This document shows, one piece after another, positions 50,319 through 63,601 of a DNA stretch of 64,000 nucleotides. A program made the position numbers and the translations under genes. This DNA is from Thermoanaerobaculia bacterium (GTDB taxonomy: Bacteria > Acidobacteriota > Thermoanaerobaculia > Multivoradales > JAHEKO01). Position 1 is the first letter of the stretch. Each line of letters starts with the position of its first letter. The stretch lies in the NCBI GenBank assembly GCA_947259925.1, contig CAMYOG010000017.1, forward strand, positions 441 through 64,440, given 5' to 3'. The notes below the pieces were generated by a model that saw only the letters and a list, made by a program, of their open reading frames with translations, was not told the DNA's origin and did not search any database.

Positions 50319-52138
50319 GTCTGCGCTTCGAGCTCGTCGATCATCCCTTCGACCACCTCGAAGCCCGCCCGCCAGAATGCCGGATCGGAGATATCGATCT
50401 CGGCCTCGGCCAGGATCTCGGCCGGCCGTGCCGAGCCACCGTGGGCGAGCATCCTGAGGTAGCCCGGCACGAAGCTCTCGCCGACCTCCTGGTAGCGCCG
50501 GTAGAGGGCCATGACCAGGAGCTGACCGAAGCTGTAGGCGTAGCAGTAGAAGGGCGAGTGGAAGATGTGCGGGATGGTCACCCACTCGAGGCGGAACTCG
50601 TCGGGCATCTCGACGGCGTCGCCGAAGTGGCCGCGCACGATCTCCAGGTACATACCGCTCAGATCCTCGGGCGACTTGCCAGCCAGGATCGCGTCGTGCG
50701 CCTGGATCTCGAAGCGGACGAAGCAGGCCTGCCGGACGACGGTGGCGTAGATGTCGTCGAGCGCCGAGGCGATCAGCTCGCGGCGGACGAGCGGGTCGGT
50801 CTCCTCCTTCAGGAGCCGATCGGTCAGGAGCATCTCCGAGAAGACCGACGCGGTCTCGGCGAGCGGCAGCGTCGCGTGCTGGGTGAGCACCGAGTGCTCG
50901 TTCGCCAGGAGGCTGTGCACCGCGTGACCGAGCTCGTGGGCGAGCGTGGCGACGTCACGGACGCGGCTGTTGAAGTTGGCGAGCAGCCACGGCGTCTGAG
51001 ACGGCAGGACCGTGGCGCAGAACGCTCCGCCGCGCTTCCCCTTGCGGATCTCGCTGTCGATGTGATCGTCGGTGAAGACCTTCTCGGCCCGGCGGCCGAA
51101 CTCGGGATGGAAGTCGTAGAGCGTCTCGAGCACCCGGCGGACGGCGTCGCCGTACTCGATCCGGCGCTCGGAGGCGGCCAGGGGTGCGTAGAGATCGAAG
51201 CGGCTGAGTCGCGCCCGCTCCCCGGGGTCGGCTCCCTCGAGCCACCCCGCCTTGAGCCGGAAGTAGCGATGGAAGATGCCGGCGCTCTCCTGGATGGTGT
51301 CGAGGAGCGTCGTGACCGCCTGGTCGGGCAGATCGTTGTCCATGTTGCGCACCGAGACCGGGCTCGCGAAGCCGCGTAGCTCCTGATTCTCGGCGTGCCA
51401 GTCGCGCACCCGGTGGACGTAGATCTGGCTCAAGATCTTCGCCTCGCGCGAGAAGACGTCGAAGAACTCGGTGTACGACGCCCGGCGCAGCTGCCGGTCG
51501 GGCGAGAAGGCGTAGCCGTTGACCTCGTCGCGGGTAAGCGAGCGCGTCTCGCCGTCGACCTCGAGCTCGAACTCGAGCCGGTTGGTCAGCATCGAGAAGA
51601 TGGTCAGGACGCCGCCGATGCCGTTGGCGTTCTTGAGATTGACCACCTTCTCGGGCATCTCTTCCAGGGTGTAGGGCCGGAAGCGGCGCAGGTCCTCGAG
51701 GAAATGGACGAAGTCGGGGTGAGCCTCGAGGCCCGCCAGCAGGCGCTCGGCATCACCGTCTTCGAGCTGCTTCCACCAGAGGGTCAAGAAGAGAATCCGG
51801 TTCTGGAAGCTGGTGGTCGCGTGCTCGACGCGGTTCCGGTAGGTGAGAGCGGCCTCGGACTGCGTGTCCTCGGAGAACCAGAGCTGGCCGTAGGCCGAGA
51901 GCACGTAGAGCCGCTCGACCAGCTCCTCGTAGAGCCTCAGGAGACGAACGAACTCCTCGGTGTCGAGCTCGGGCGAGAGCCGCCCGCGCCAGCTCTCGAG
52001 CTCGGCGACCCTGGCCTCGAGCTGCGCGAGGAGCTCGTCGACGTGGGCCGCGCTGTCCGAGGGCAGGAGCTCGGACAGATCCCAGCGCTTCTGCCGGTAG
52101 TCCGGAATCGTCCGCCGCTCGAGAGTCGTCATCGCCAC
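50315..52138 (-). CDS. pepF: Oligoendopeptidase F (M3 family)
   Basis: WDLSEL, GKRGGAFC, TLAHELGHAVH, AETASVFSE, FYCYAYSFG. Confidence 0.92.
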   Translation of the reverse strand: MAMTTLERRTIPDYRQKRWDLSELLPSDSAAHVDELLAQLEARVAELESWRGRLSPELDTEEFVRLLRLYEELVERLYVLSAYGQLWFSEDTQSEAALTYRNRVEHATTSFQNRILFLTLWWKQLEDGDAERLLAGLEAHPDFVHFLEDLRRFRPYTLEEMPEKVVNLKNANGIGGVLTIFSMLTNRLEFELEVDGETRSLTRDEVNGYAFSPDRQLRRASYTEFFDVFSREAKILSQIYVHRVRDWHAENQELRGFASPVSVRNMDNDLPDQAVTTLLDTIQESAGIFHRYFRLKAGWLEGADPGERARLSRFDLYAPLAASERRIEYGDAVRRVLETLYDFHPEFGRRAEKVFTDDHIDSEIRKGKRGGAFCATVLPSQTPWLLANFNSRVRDVATLAHELGHAVHSLLANEHSVLTQHATLPLAETASVFSEMLLTDRLLKEETDPLVRRELIASALDDIYATVVRQACFVRFEIQAHDAILAGKSPEDLSGMYLEIVRGHFGDAVEMPDEFRLEWVTIPHIFHSPFYCYAYSFGQLLVMALYRRYQEVGESFVPGYLRMLAHGGSARPAEILAEAEIDISDPAFWRAGFEVVEGMIDELEAQT

Positions 52139-52204
52139 CCTCCCCCCTATCCAGAAGAGATCGAAAGCAGATCGGGGCAGACGCCGGCGGCTGACTCGGG
52201 GCTG

Positions 52205-52660
52205 CTATTCGGTTGTGACCTGCTCGGAGTCGCCCGCGAGCGCCGCCTGCAACGTATGCCAGGCGAGCGTAGCGCACTTGACCCGGACCGGGAACTCGCG
52301 GACGCCCTCGAACACGGCGAGCTTGCCGAGCTTGGCGGGCGCCTCGGCGCGGACGCTCGGATCGCCGGTCAGGAGATCGTGGAAGCCGCCGAAGAGCTCT
52401 TCGGCCTCGGCCAGGGTCTTGCCCTTGACCGCCTCGGTCATCAGCGAAGCCGAGGCCTTCGAGATGGCGCAGCCGGAGCCGTCGAAATGGACGTCCTCGA
52501 TGACGTCGCCCGCCAGCTTGAGGTAGACCTTGAGCTGGTCGCCGCAGAGCGGGTTGTAGCCCTCGGCCTGGTGGTCGGCGTCGGGAAGCGGGCCGAAATT
52601 CCGGGGCTGCTTGTTGTGATCGAGGATGACCTCCTGGTAGAGGTCCATCAGATCGCTCAT
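52205..52660 (-). CDS. sufU: SUF system NifU-like sulfur-transfer protein
   Basis: LYQEVILDH, NPLCGD, GCAISKASAS, RVKCATL. Confidence 0.93.
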   Translation of the reverse strand: MSDLMDLYQEVILDHNKQPRNFGPLPDADHQAEGYNPLCGDQLKVYLKLAGDVIEDVHFDGSGCAISKASASLMTEAVKGKTLAEAEELFGGFHDLLTGDPSVRAEAPAKLGKLAVFEGVREFPVRVKCATLAWHTLQAALAGDSEQVTTE

Positions 52661-53922
52661 CCGCCGAAGACCTCCCGGATCCTGCCGAGGCCGGCGACCA
52701 GCCGGTCGACCTCCTCGCGGGTGTTGTAGAACGCCAGCGACGCGCGCGAGGTGGCCGGAACGCCGTAGCGCTCCATCACCGGCTGGGCGCAGTGGTGCCC
52801 GGTGCGGATCGCGACCCCCTCCTGATCGAGGATGGTGCCGACGTCGTGGGCGTGGACGTCGCCGACGACGAACGACAGCACTGCCGCCTTACGCCGTGCG
52901 GTGCCGATCAGTCGGAGATCGGGCACCTTCAGCAGTCGTTCGGTGGCGTAGGCCAGAAGCTCGTCCTCGTATGCTTCGATCCGATCGAGGCCGACCTTCA
53001 GCAAATAGTCGACCGCGGCGCCGAAGCCGACCGCGCCCGCGATGTTGGGTGTCCCCGCCTCGAAACGCGCCGGCGGCTCGGCGTACTCGGTCTTGTCGAA
53101 GCTGACCGTGCGGATCATCTCGCCGCCGCCCTGATAGGGAGGCATCTCCGAGAGCAGATCCAGCCTGCCGTAGAGGGCACCGACGCCGGTTGGCCCGAAC
53201 ATCTTGTGACTCGAGAAGGCGTAGAACTCGCAGCCGAGCGCCTGGACGTCGATCTTCTTGTGCGGCGCGGCCTGGGCGCCGTCGACGAGCACCGGGATGT
53301 CACGCTCGTGGGCGAGCTCGATCATCCGCTCGATCGGGTTGATCGTGCCGAGAGCGTTGGAGATGTGTGACAGCGCCACCATCCTGGTCCGCTCGCTCAG
53401 TAGCCGGGCGTACTCGTCCATGTCGACGTCGCCCCGATCGTCGAGTCGGGCGACCCGCAGCTTGGCGCCCCGCTCTTCACACAGGAGCTGCCAGGGGACG
53501 ATGTTCGAGTGGTGCTCGAGGCCGCTGATGACGATCTCGTCGCCCGGGTCGAGCCGGTTTCTGGCGAACGAGCCGGCGACCAGGTTGATCGCATCGGTCG
53601 TCCCGCGGACGAAGACGATCTCGCGCGTGTTGGCGGCGTTGATGAACCCCGCCAGCTTCTGGCGCGCGCTCTCGTACGCCGCGGTCGCCTTGACCGACAG
53701 GGCGTGCACGCCTCGATGGACGTTGGCACACGACTCGCGATACCAGTGCGCCTCGGCCTCGATCACCGATTCCGGCTTCTGCGAGGTCGCGGCGTTGTCG
53801 AGATAGGCGAGCGGTTTACCGTAGACCTTCAGCTGCATCGCCGGAAAGTCGCGGCGGATGCTGTCGACGTCGAAGGCGGTGGCCGCGTCGGCGTGGTTCT
53901 TGGCCAGGGCGTCGGTCATCAC
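52657..53922 (-). CDS. sufS: Cysteine desulfurase
   Basis: YLDNAATSQKP, SSHKMFGP, RTGHHCAQP. Confidence 0.96.
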   Translation of the reverse strand: MMTDALAKNHADAATAFDVDSIRRDFPAMQLKVYGKPLAYLDNAATSQKPESVIEAEAHWYRESCANVHRGVHALSVKATAAYESARQKLAGFINAANTREIVFVRGTTDAINLVAGSFARNRLDPGDEIVISGLEHHSNIVPWQLLCEERGAKLRVARLDDRGDVDMDEYARLLSERTRMVALSHISNALGTINPIERMIELAHERDIPVLVDGAQAAPHKKIDVQALGCEFYAFSSHKMFGPTGVGALYGRLDLLSEMPPYQGGGEMIRTVSFDKTEYAEPPARFEAGTPNIAGAVGFGAAVDYLLKVGLDRIEAYEDELLAYATERLLKVPDLRLIGTARRKAAVLSFVVGDVHAHDVGTILDQEGVAIRTGHHCAQPVMERYGVPATSRASLAFYNTREEVDRLVAGLGRIREVFGG

Positions 53923-53939
53923 GTTCTAGGTGCCACTTA

Positions 53940-55265
53940 CTACACGGCCTGGCGGACCACCTCTCCCCTGGGCAGGCGACGGAACAGGAACTCTTCGAGC
54001 TCGCGGCGCACCGCGCCGACCTTGATGCGCTCGACGATGTCGGCGGCGAACGCGTAGGTCAGGAGGCTCCGCGCCGCCTCTTCGCCGATACCGCGAGAGC
54101 GCAGGTAGAAGACCGCGACGTCGTCCAAGTGACCCGTGGTCGAGCCGTGGGTGCACTTGACGTCGTCGGCGAAGATCTCGAGCTGCGGGTGCGAGTTGAC
54201 CAGCGCCTCCTTCGACAGCAGGAGGTTGCGGTTGGTCTGCTTGGCGTCGGTCTTCTGGGCGTCCTTGTGGACGTGGATCAGGCCGTTGAAGACCGCGCGC
54301 GCCCTGCCCTCGAGGATGCCCTTGTAGAGCTCGTGGCTGTCGCAGTTCGGCATCGCGTGATCGACCCGCATGTGGTTGTCGATCTGCTGCTCGCCCTCGA
54401 CCATGTAGAGGCCGTTGAGGGTCGACTCGCAGCCCTCGCCGTCGAGCACCGCGTTGACGTCGTTTCGGACCAGGCCGCCACCCCAGGAGATCGAGTGCGA
54501 AGAGACATTCGAGTCTCGTTGCTGGTGAATCTGGAACGTGGCCATGTGGATCGCCTCGGTCGACTCACGCTGCAGCTTGTAGTGATCGATGACCGCGTTG
54601 GCGCCGGCGGCCACCTCGGTCACCGGGCTGGTCATGTAGGAGCCGTCACCGAGTGACGCGTACTGCTCGACCACGGTCACCTGCGCGCTCTCCTCGGCGA
54701 CGATCAGGTTGCGCGGATAGAAGGCAACCGGCTCGGCCTCGGGAAGGCCCAGGCAGATCAGGTTGATCGGCTCCTCGACGACCACGCCCTTCGGCACATA
54801 GATGAACGCGCCGTCGCGCAGAAACGCGGTGTTCAAAGCCACGAACGGATGGTCGTCGAACTTCGCGAACCGGCCGACGTAGCGCTCGACCAGCTCGGCG
54901 TGCTCCGCTGCCGCCGTGGCCAGACTGGCGACGATCACGCCCTCCGGCAGATCGCCGAGCCGCGAATGCTCGGCGACGAAGCGACCGTTGACCAGGACGA
55001 TCTGGTGACAGCCGTCGTAGACGTAGGGCTCGAGCTCGGCCGCGCCGAATCCGTTGAAGCTCTCGGGCAGACGGAACGTCGTCTCGGTGATCGGATTGAG
55101 ATTGATGAAGCGCCACTGCTCGGCGCGACGGGACGGGAAGCCGATCTCGCCGAAGCGCTCGATCGCCTGACGGCGGCGCTCGGTCAGGGCGCTGGGCCAG
55201 TCGCCCGACAGGTCCTGAACGAACTTCTGGTACTCACCGGTGAGGTGCTCGACTGTGGACATCAC
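53940..55265 (-). CDS. sufD: Fe-S cluster assembly protein SufD
   Basis: AQKTDAKQ, PQLEIFADDVKCTHG, FYLRSRG. Confidence 0.95.
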   Translation of the reverse strand: MMSTVEHLTGEYQKFVQDLSGDWPSALTERRRQAIERFGEIGFPSRRAEQWRFINLNPITETTFRLPESFNGFGAAELEPYVYDGCHQIVLVNGRFVAEHSRLGDLPEGVIVASLATAAAEHAELVERYVGRFAKFDDHPFVALNTAFLRDGAFIYVPKGVVVEEPINLICLGLPEAEPVAFYPRNLIVAEESAQVTVVEQYASLGDGSYMTSPVTEVAAGANAVIDHYKLQRESTEAIHMATFQIHQQRDSNVSSHSISWGGGLVRNDVNAVLDGEGCESTLNGLYMVEGEQQIDNHMRVDHAMPNCDSHELYKGILEGRARAVFNGLIHVHKDAQKTDAKQTNRNLLLSKEALVNSHPQLEIFADDVKCTHGSTTGHLDDVAVFYLRSRGIGEEAARSLLTYAFAADIVERIKVGAVRRELEEFLFRRLPRGEVVRQAV

Positions 55266-55274
55266 CTTTCCCCT

Positions 55275-56060
55275 CTAGCTGCTCGGGGCGCTCGCCGCCT
55301 CGCCGGCGGCGACCCGCTCCTCGAGCCAGGCGTAGCCCTTCTCCTCGAGCTCGTGGGCGAGCTCTTTGCCGCCCGACTCGACGATCCGGCCGTCGATCAT
55401 CGCGTGCACCTTGTCGGGAACGATGTAGTTGAGCAGGCGCTGGTAGTGGGTGATGACGACGAACGCCCTATCGGGGCTGCGCAGCGAGTTGACGCCGTCG
55501 GCGACGATCTTGAGCGCGTCGATGTCGAGACCCGAGTCGGTCTCGTCGAGAACCGCGAGCGTCGGGTCGAGTACCGACAGATGGAAGATCTCGTTGCGCT
55601 TCTTCTCACCGCCCGAGAAGCCTTCGTTCACCGGGCGGTTCAAGAGCGACTCGTCCATCTTGACGACCGACATCTTCTCGCGGACGTAGGAGAGGAAGTC
55701 CATCGCGTCCATCTCCTCCTGGCCGCGATGCTTGCGAATCGCGTTGAGCGCGGCCTTGAGGAAGTAGACGTTGCTGACACCCGGAATCTCGACCGGGTAC
55801 TGGAACGCCAGGAAGAGGCCCTCGCGGGCGCGCTCCTCCGGAGCCAGCTCGAGCAGCTCTTCGCCCTTGTATCGGACTTCGCCCTCGGTGACTTCGTACT
55901 CGTCCTTGCCGGCCAGCACCTGGGCCAGGGTCGACTTGCCCGAGCCGTTCGGCCCCATCACGGCGTGCACTTCGCCGGGGTTCACCGTTAGGTCGAGGCC
56001 TTTGATGATCTCTTGATCCTCTACGCGAACGTGGAGGTTTTTGATTTCAAGCATGGTCAT
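55275..56060 (-). CDS. sufC: Fe-S cluster assembly ATPase SufC
   Basis: GPNGSGKS, FQYPVEIPGV, GFSGGEKKR, LDETDSGLD. Confidence 0.97.
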   Translation of the reverse strand: MTMLEIKNLHVRVEDQEIIKGLDLTVNPGEVHAVMGPNGSGKSTLAQVLAGKDEYEVTEGEVRYKGEELLELAPEERAREGLFLAFQYPVEIPGVSNVYFLKAALNAIRKHRGQEEMDAMDFLSYVREKMSVVKMDESLLNRPVNEGFSGGEKKRNEIFHLSVLDPTLAVLDETDSGLDIDALKIVADGVNSLRSPDRAFVVITHYQRLLNYIVPDKVHAMIDGRIVESGGKELAHELEEKGYAWLEERVAAGEAASAPSS

Positions 56061-56073
56061 GTATTCGCTTCCT

Positions 56074-57516
<1,443 letters not shown>

Positions 57517-57575
57517 TCGGTGTCGCTCCTTCGCGGCCGCATCCGCGGACCGCCTCTCAACTCAGTCAACGAGCC

Positions 57576-58037
57576 TCAAGAGGGCTCTGCGGGTTGCTCC
57601 AATGGGCGCCTGCCGATGGTGACCAGCTGCTCGAGCGGCTCGGTCATCTCCGCAAGCGAAATCGCCTCGAGGGCCTGGCGAATCGCCAGATTGATCCGTT
57701 GCCAGTTGCCGCGCACAGCGCAGAACGGCTCCTGCGAGCACTCGCCCGGTCCGTCTTCGATGCACTCGGTGACCGCGATCGGTCCTTCGAGCGCGCCGAT
57801 GATCTCGGCGACCGAGATCGACTCCGGCGTCCGCGACAGGCTGTAGCCGCCCTTGACGCCGCGGTGCGATTCGAGCAACCCACCCCGGGCCAGGATCTTC
57901 AGGATCTTGCTCACCGTCGGCGCCGGCAACTGCAGCTCGGCGGCCAGGGCCGCGGCGGTATGCAGCTGCTCGGGCTCGGCGGCGAGCCGGCTCATCAGGA
58001 CGATGCCGTAGTCGGACTGCTTGGTGATGCGGATCAT
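57576..58037 (-). CDS. Rrf2-family SUF system regulator
   Basis: MIRITKQSDYG, SHRGVKGGY, EGPIAVTEC...C...C. Confidence 0.92.
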   Translation of the reverse strand: MIRITKQSDYGIVLMSRLAAEPEQLHTAAALAAELQLPAPTVSKILKILARGGLLESHRGVKGGYSLSRTPESISVAEIIGALEGPIAVTECIEDGPGECSQEPFCAVRGNWQRINLAIRQALEAISLAEMTEPLEQLVTIGRRPLEQPAEPS

Positions 58038-58103
58038 AGAAACTGCTCGCTCGTACCTGCCCTGTTTCGGCTGCAACCGCCGGTCGGTTGCTTCTCCTTC
58101 GGG

Positions 58104-58164
58104 AAAGGGGACCGATCAAGTCCTATTTCCTTCGAGATGATACTCGCGGGGGGCTGGAAGTCAA
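58104..58164 (-). promoter_or_regulatory. suf promoter TTGACT-N16-TATCAT with downstream GGAC-N7-GTCC inverted repeat (putative Rrf2 operator)
   Basis: -35 at 58164-58159, -10 at 58142-58137, AAAGGGGAC-CGATCAA-GTCCTATTT at 58104-58128. Confidence 0.65.
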
Positions 58165-58217
58165 GCCGTCCAGAGCATTCGCTTCATTCGTGAACATCAT
58201 GATGCTATGATGCTGCC

Positions 58218-58442
58218 ATGCGCACCACACTGACCATCGACGAAGACGTCCTCGCGGCAGCTCGAGCCCTGGCTCGAGCGCGTGGTCAGTCACTCGGTGC
58301 GGCCATCTCCGAGCTCGCGCGTCGTGGGCTTCGACCTTCGGCTCCGGTCACCTACCGGAGCGACTTCCCGGTCTTCGAGGTGCGCGAGGACGAGGCGGTG
58401 TTCGGTCCGGAGGAGACGGCACAGGCACTCGACGACGAGTAG
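58218..58442 (+). CDS. VapB-type antitoxin (RHH)
   Basis: MRTTLTIDEDVLAAARALA...SLGAAISELARRGL; upstream palindrome CATCATGATG at 58195-58204. Confidence 0.9.
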   Translation: MRTTLTIDEDVLAAARALARARGQSLGAAISELARRGLRPSAPVTYRSDFPVFEVREDEAVFGPEETAQALDDE

Positions 58443-58451
58443 ATCGATGCC

Positions 58452-58889
58452 ATGACCGTCCTCCTCGACGTCAACGTCCTGGTCGCGCTCGCCTGGCCGA
58501 ACCATGTCCACCACGAGGCCGCTCATCGGTGGTTCGACGCCAACCGAGACCGGGGTTGGGCCACATGTCCGCTCACCCAGAGCGGCTTCGTCCGGGTCTC
58601 TTCCAACCCCTCGACCACGCCCGCCGCACGCACACCGGCGGAGGCCCTTCACCTGCTCGAGCAGATAGTCGAGCTGCCTGGGCACGTCTTCTGGGCGGAC
58701 GACGTCGCCCTGGCCACGGACCGGGCGGTTCGATGGGACAGCATTCTGGGCCATCGACAGGTGACCGACGCCCACCTGCTCGCCCTCGCGATCCGCCGAA
58801 ACGGCCGTCTCGCGACCTTCGACCGCGGCGTTCTCGAGCTCGTGCCCGTAGAAAGTGACCCGAACGAGTTGGTCGAGGTCATCGGCTGA
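58452..58889 (+). CDS. VapC PIN-domain toxin
   Basis: LLDVNVLVAL, TCPLTQSGFVR, QVTDAHLLALA, LATFD. Confidence 0.93.
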   Translation: MTVLLDVNVLVALAWPNHVHHEAAHRWFDANRDRGWATCPLTQSGFVRVSSNPSTTPAARTPAEALHLLEQIVELPGHVFWADDVALATDRAVRWDSILGHRQVTDAHLLALAIRRNGRLATFDRGVLELVPVESDPNELVEVIG

Positions 58890-58956
58890 GCGCGGACACA
58901 GGCGATGCGCAGATGAACCTCCCGGGCGTTCCGTACAATCTGTCAGGAGGTACACC

Positions 58957-59610
58957 ATGAACAGACTCCTCCTCGGTGTGGGGCCGGCCTGCCTCGCCGC
59001 CCTGCTCCTCGCCGGTTCCGCGTTGGCGACGGCCAACCCGGAAGCCGAGCTCGAGCCGAGCCTGTGCTCGATCACCTGTCCCCCGCACGAGACCGCCTAT
59101 CGCGGCCTGTCGGGCAGCGTCAGCTGTACCGAGGGCTACACACCGGTCTGCCAGTGCGACGATCCGCTTCAGAAGATGGCGTACTGCGCGCCGATCTCCG
59201 AGGCCCTCGCCGAGGTGACGAGGGCGCGCCAGACGATCCAGCGCATGCGGACGATCGGCGTGGCGATGTACGGATGGTACCTGGATCAGTCGGAAGGCCG
59301 GGAGTGTGACCCCGCGCAGAGCGAGATCGATCTCGCCGGGATTCCGCTGATCGCTGCGGACGAGCTCGAGCAGCTCCTAGTACCCACCTACGCGGAAGAG
59401 CTGCCTCTCTCGGACGGCTGGGGAAGCGACTTCGAGTTCCGTCTGGATCGCTCGGCGCCCAGTAGCCTGGCGATGTCGGTCCGCAGCGCCGGCGCGGACG
59501 CGGAGTTCGCGGGCACCGTCTACGTCCTCGGTGGCTTCCCCGCGACCCAGACCGCCCGGGATCTGATCTGGGTCGACGGCTACTTCGGGCGCTGGCCCGA
59601 GAAGCCTTAG
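58957..59610 (+). CDS. Secreted protein: Cys-rich N-domain plus GspG/pseudopilin-like C-domain
   Basis: GGAGG RBS, signal peptide, 6 clustered Cys, LVPTY...DGWG..F...VRSAGAD...F..WP. Confidence 0.62.
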   Translation: MNRLLLGVGPACLAALLLAGSALATANPEAELEPSLCSITCPPHETAYRGLSGSVSCTEGYTPVCQCDDPLQKMAYCAPISEALAEVTRARQTIQRMRTIGVAMYGWYLDQSEGRECDPAQSEIDLAGIPLIAADELEQLLVPTYAEELPLSDGWGSDFEFRLDRSAPSSLAMSVRSAGADAEFAGTVYVLGGFPATQTARDLIWVDGYFGRWPEKP

Positions 59611-60719
59611 CCCGAGTCCCCGGCGGCGTCGGCCGCCTTCGTGCTCTCCTCGGGCCGTGCCCGCACCCGCCCGAGCAACACGGCGGCCCAGTGGAGCTCC
59701 TCGGACTCGTCCAGGGCGATCTTGATCATCATCGTGAGCGGCACCGACATCAGCATGCCGAGCGGCCCCCACATCCAGCCCCAGAAGATCAGGGAGACGA
59801 AGACGACGAGCGTCGACAGGCCGAAGCGGCGGCCCATCAGGGTCGGCTCGATGACGTTGCCGATCAGCGTGTTCACCAGGAGGTAGCCGGCCACCACGAT
59901 CAGCGCGCGACCGGGGCCGAACAGGATGAGGGCGACAATGAAGGCCGGGACGGCGGCGATGATCGAGCCGATCGCCGGGATGTAGTTGAGGACGAAGGCG
60001 ACCAGACCGAAGACCGGCGCATAGGGCAAGCCGCACAACCAGGTGAACAGGCCGAGCACGACCCCGGTCCCGATGCTGATCAGCGTCTTGACTCCCAGGT
60101 AGTGCTGGACCTCGCGCACGACCCCGGCGAGGTACTTGCCGACCCGTGAGTCGATCCCGAACGCCGCGTTCATCTTGCGTGGCGCGTGACCTCCCTCCAG
60201 AAGGAAGAAGACCAGCAGGAATGTCACCAACACCGAGAAGGAGAGCGCCGAGGCGACGCCGGTCAGTGTGCGACGGACAACTCCGCCGGCCATGTCGACG
60301 AATCGGCCGGGGTCGATGTTCTCCATGGCGAGCACACTGCCGACGTCGATGCCGCGAGCCTGGAAGTCGGCGGTCCATTCGCTCAGACGCTCGCTGAACT
60401 GTTGGACGTAGCTCGGCGTCGCCTCGATGAAGGAGTTGAGCGACGGCGCGATCAGGAAGCCGAGGACCGAGAGCACACCGACCAGCGCCAGCACGGTGCT
60501 GATCACCGAGAGCGTCAGCCGGACGCCCAGCCGGCAGAGAAACGCGACCACCGGAAAGCTGAGCAGACCGATGAAGAGCGCCAGGAGCAGCGGCAGCATG
60601 AAGGGAGCCGCGGCGCGCAGGCCGGCGATGACGATCACCAGCGACGCGGCGCCCAGCAGCCAGCGACCACTCGGCGGCGGCGCCGGATCCGATGTCGCAA
60701 GCCTCTTATCTCCAGACAT
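59607..60719 (-). CDS. AI-2E family transporter
   Basis: YLGVKTLIS, LNYIPAIGS, IEPTLMG, FWGWMWGPLGMLMSVPLT. Confidence 0.92.
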   Translation of the reverse strand: MSGDKRLATSDPAPPPSGRWLLGAASLVIVIAGLRAAAPFMLPLLLALFIGLLSFPVVAFLCRLGVRLTLSVISTVLALVGVLSVLGFLIAPSLNSFIEATPSYVQQFSERLSEWTADFQARGIDVGSVLAMENIDPGRFVDMAGGVVRRTLTGVASALSFSVLVTFLLVFFLLEGGHAPRKMNAAFGIDSRVGKYLAGVVREVQHYLGVKTLISIGTGVVLGLFTWLCGLPYAPVFGLVAFVLNYIPAIGSIIAAVPAFIVALILFGPGRALIVVAGYLLVNTLIGNVIEPTLMGRRFGLSTLVVFVSLIFWGWMWGPLGMLMSVPLTMMIKIALDESEELHWAAVLLGRVRARPEESTKAADAAGDSG

Positions 60720-60770
60720 TTCGCGACATTCTAGATCGAACTCGTCCTGTCGGTCGGCCGGGGCCGGCCG

Positions 60771-62708
<1,938 letters not shown>

Positions 62709-62747
62709 CGCTCTACTCCTCCCGACCAGAAGAACAGGGGGACATAG

Positions 62748-62825
62748 GAAAGGGGGACCGGCACTCTCTTTCTCTTACCTGCTTCGGAAGAACAGAGCGC
62801 GAAAAAGAGTGCCTGTCCCCCTTTC
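62748..62825. repeat. 25-bp inverted repeat (23/25) upstream of acs, REP-like
   Basis: GAAAGGGGGACCGGCACTCTCTTTC ... GAAAAAGAGTGCCTGTCCCCCTTTC. Confidence 0.85.
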
Positions 62826-62869
62826 TTGGCGTCCCCCCGCTTCGAGATGTTACCGCAGAGACTGGGCCG

Positions 62870-63601
62870 TCACCCCGCCTGCGGGAGTGGGGCGCCCAGC
62901 CCCTCGAGCTGGCGGTGGGCGGCCTCGGCCCAGCCCCGATTCGCCGCCGGGGAGGCCGGGCTCGGATGCAGGATCCGACCCACTTCGACCTCTATGCCGT
63001 CGAGCGCCACCCGGGCGCGAGCTTCGGCGAACTGACCGACGCCGATCACCAGTCGGGGGGAAAGCTCCTCGATGGTGAGCCGCAGGTGGCGATCGCACAG
63101 AGCGAACAGCGGCTTGCGCTCCGCGGCCGGCAGCTTGTCGGGCGTCCGGTTGCGGCCGCTCTCCTCCATGAAGCTGAGCGGGCAGTAGTTGGCGATGAAG
63201 AAGCGCTCGAAGAAGCGTGCCGGCGTGCCGAAGGTCGCCCGGGCCCACCCCCAGAGCCGCTCGCCGCTCACTTCGTGGCGATGGCACTCCCAGCCCATGA
63301 TCGGTCGCTTCGGGTGCTCGTGCTCGGGCCGGTCGATCGACGCGCCGATCCCGAGCCAGTCCCGGACGGCGCTCACCTCGCCGAACGGCACGCCGTTCTG
63401 CGCCATCCCCCACGGTCCCGGATTCATCCCCACCAGCACTACCTCTTTCGGACCCTTGCCGTATCGCTCGAGGTACTCGGTCGCCGGCCGCCAGGCGTAG
63501 ACCAGCGGGTTGTAGACGTGCGAGACCGGCAGCCCGAATCTGAGTCCGGCCAGCCCGTCGCGCAGCTCGCGGGCGATCTCGACCAGTCGGGACGAGGGCA
63601 T
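62870..63601 (-). CDS. SMUG1-type uracil-DNA glycosylase (UDG family 3)
   Basis: YNPLVYA, GMNPGPWGMAQNGVPFG, EVSGERLW, HPSPASP. Confidence 0.93.
   Translation of the reverse strand: MPSSRLVEIARELRDGLAGLRFGLPVSHVYNPLVYAWRPATEYLERYGKGPKEVVLVGMNPGPWGMAQNGVPFGEVSAVRDWLGIGASIDRPEHEHPKRPIMGWECHRHEVSGERLWGWARATFGTPARFFERFFIANYCPLSFMEESGRNRTPDKLPAAERKPLFALCDRHLRLTIEELSPRLVIGVGQFAEARARVALDGIEVEVGRILHPSPASPAANRGWAEAAHRQLEGLGAPLPQAG

Noticed and set aside
62870..63601. Eukaryote-like SMUG1 as a sign of horizontal transfer
   Set aside because: Bacterial SMUG1 homologues are established, and composition matches the surroundings.
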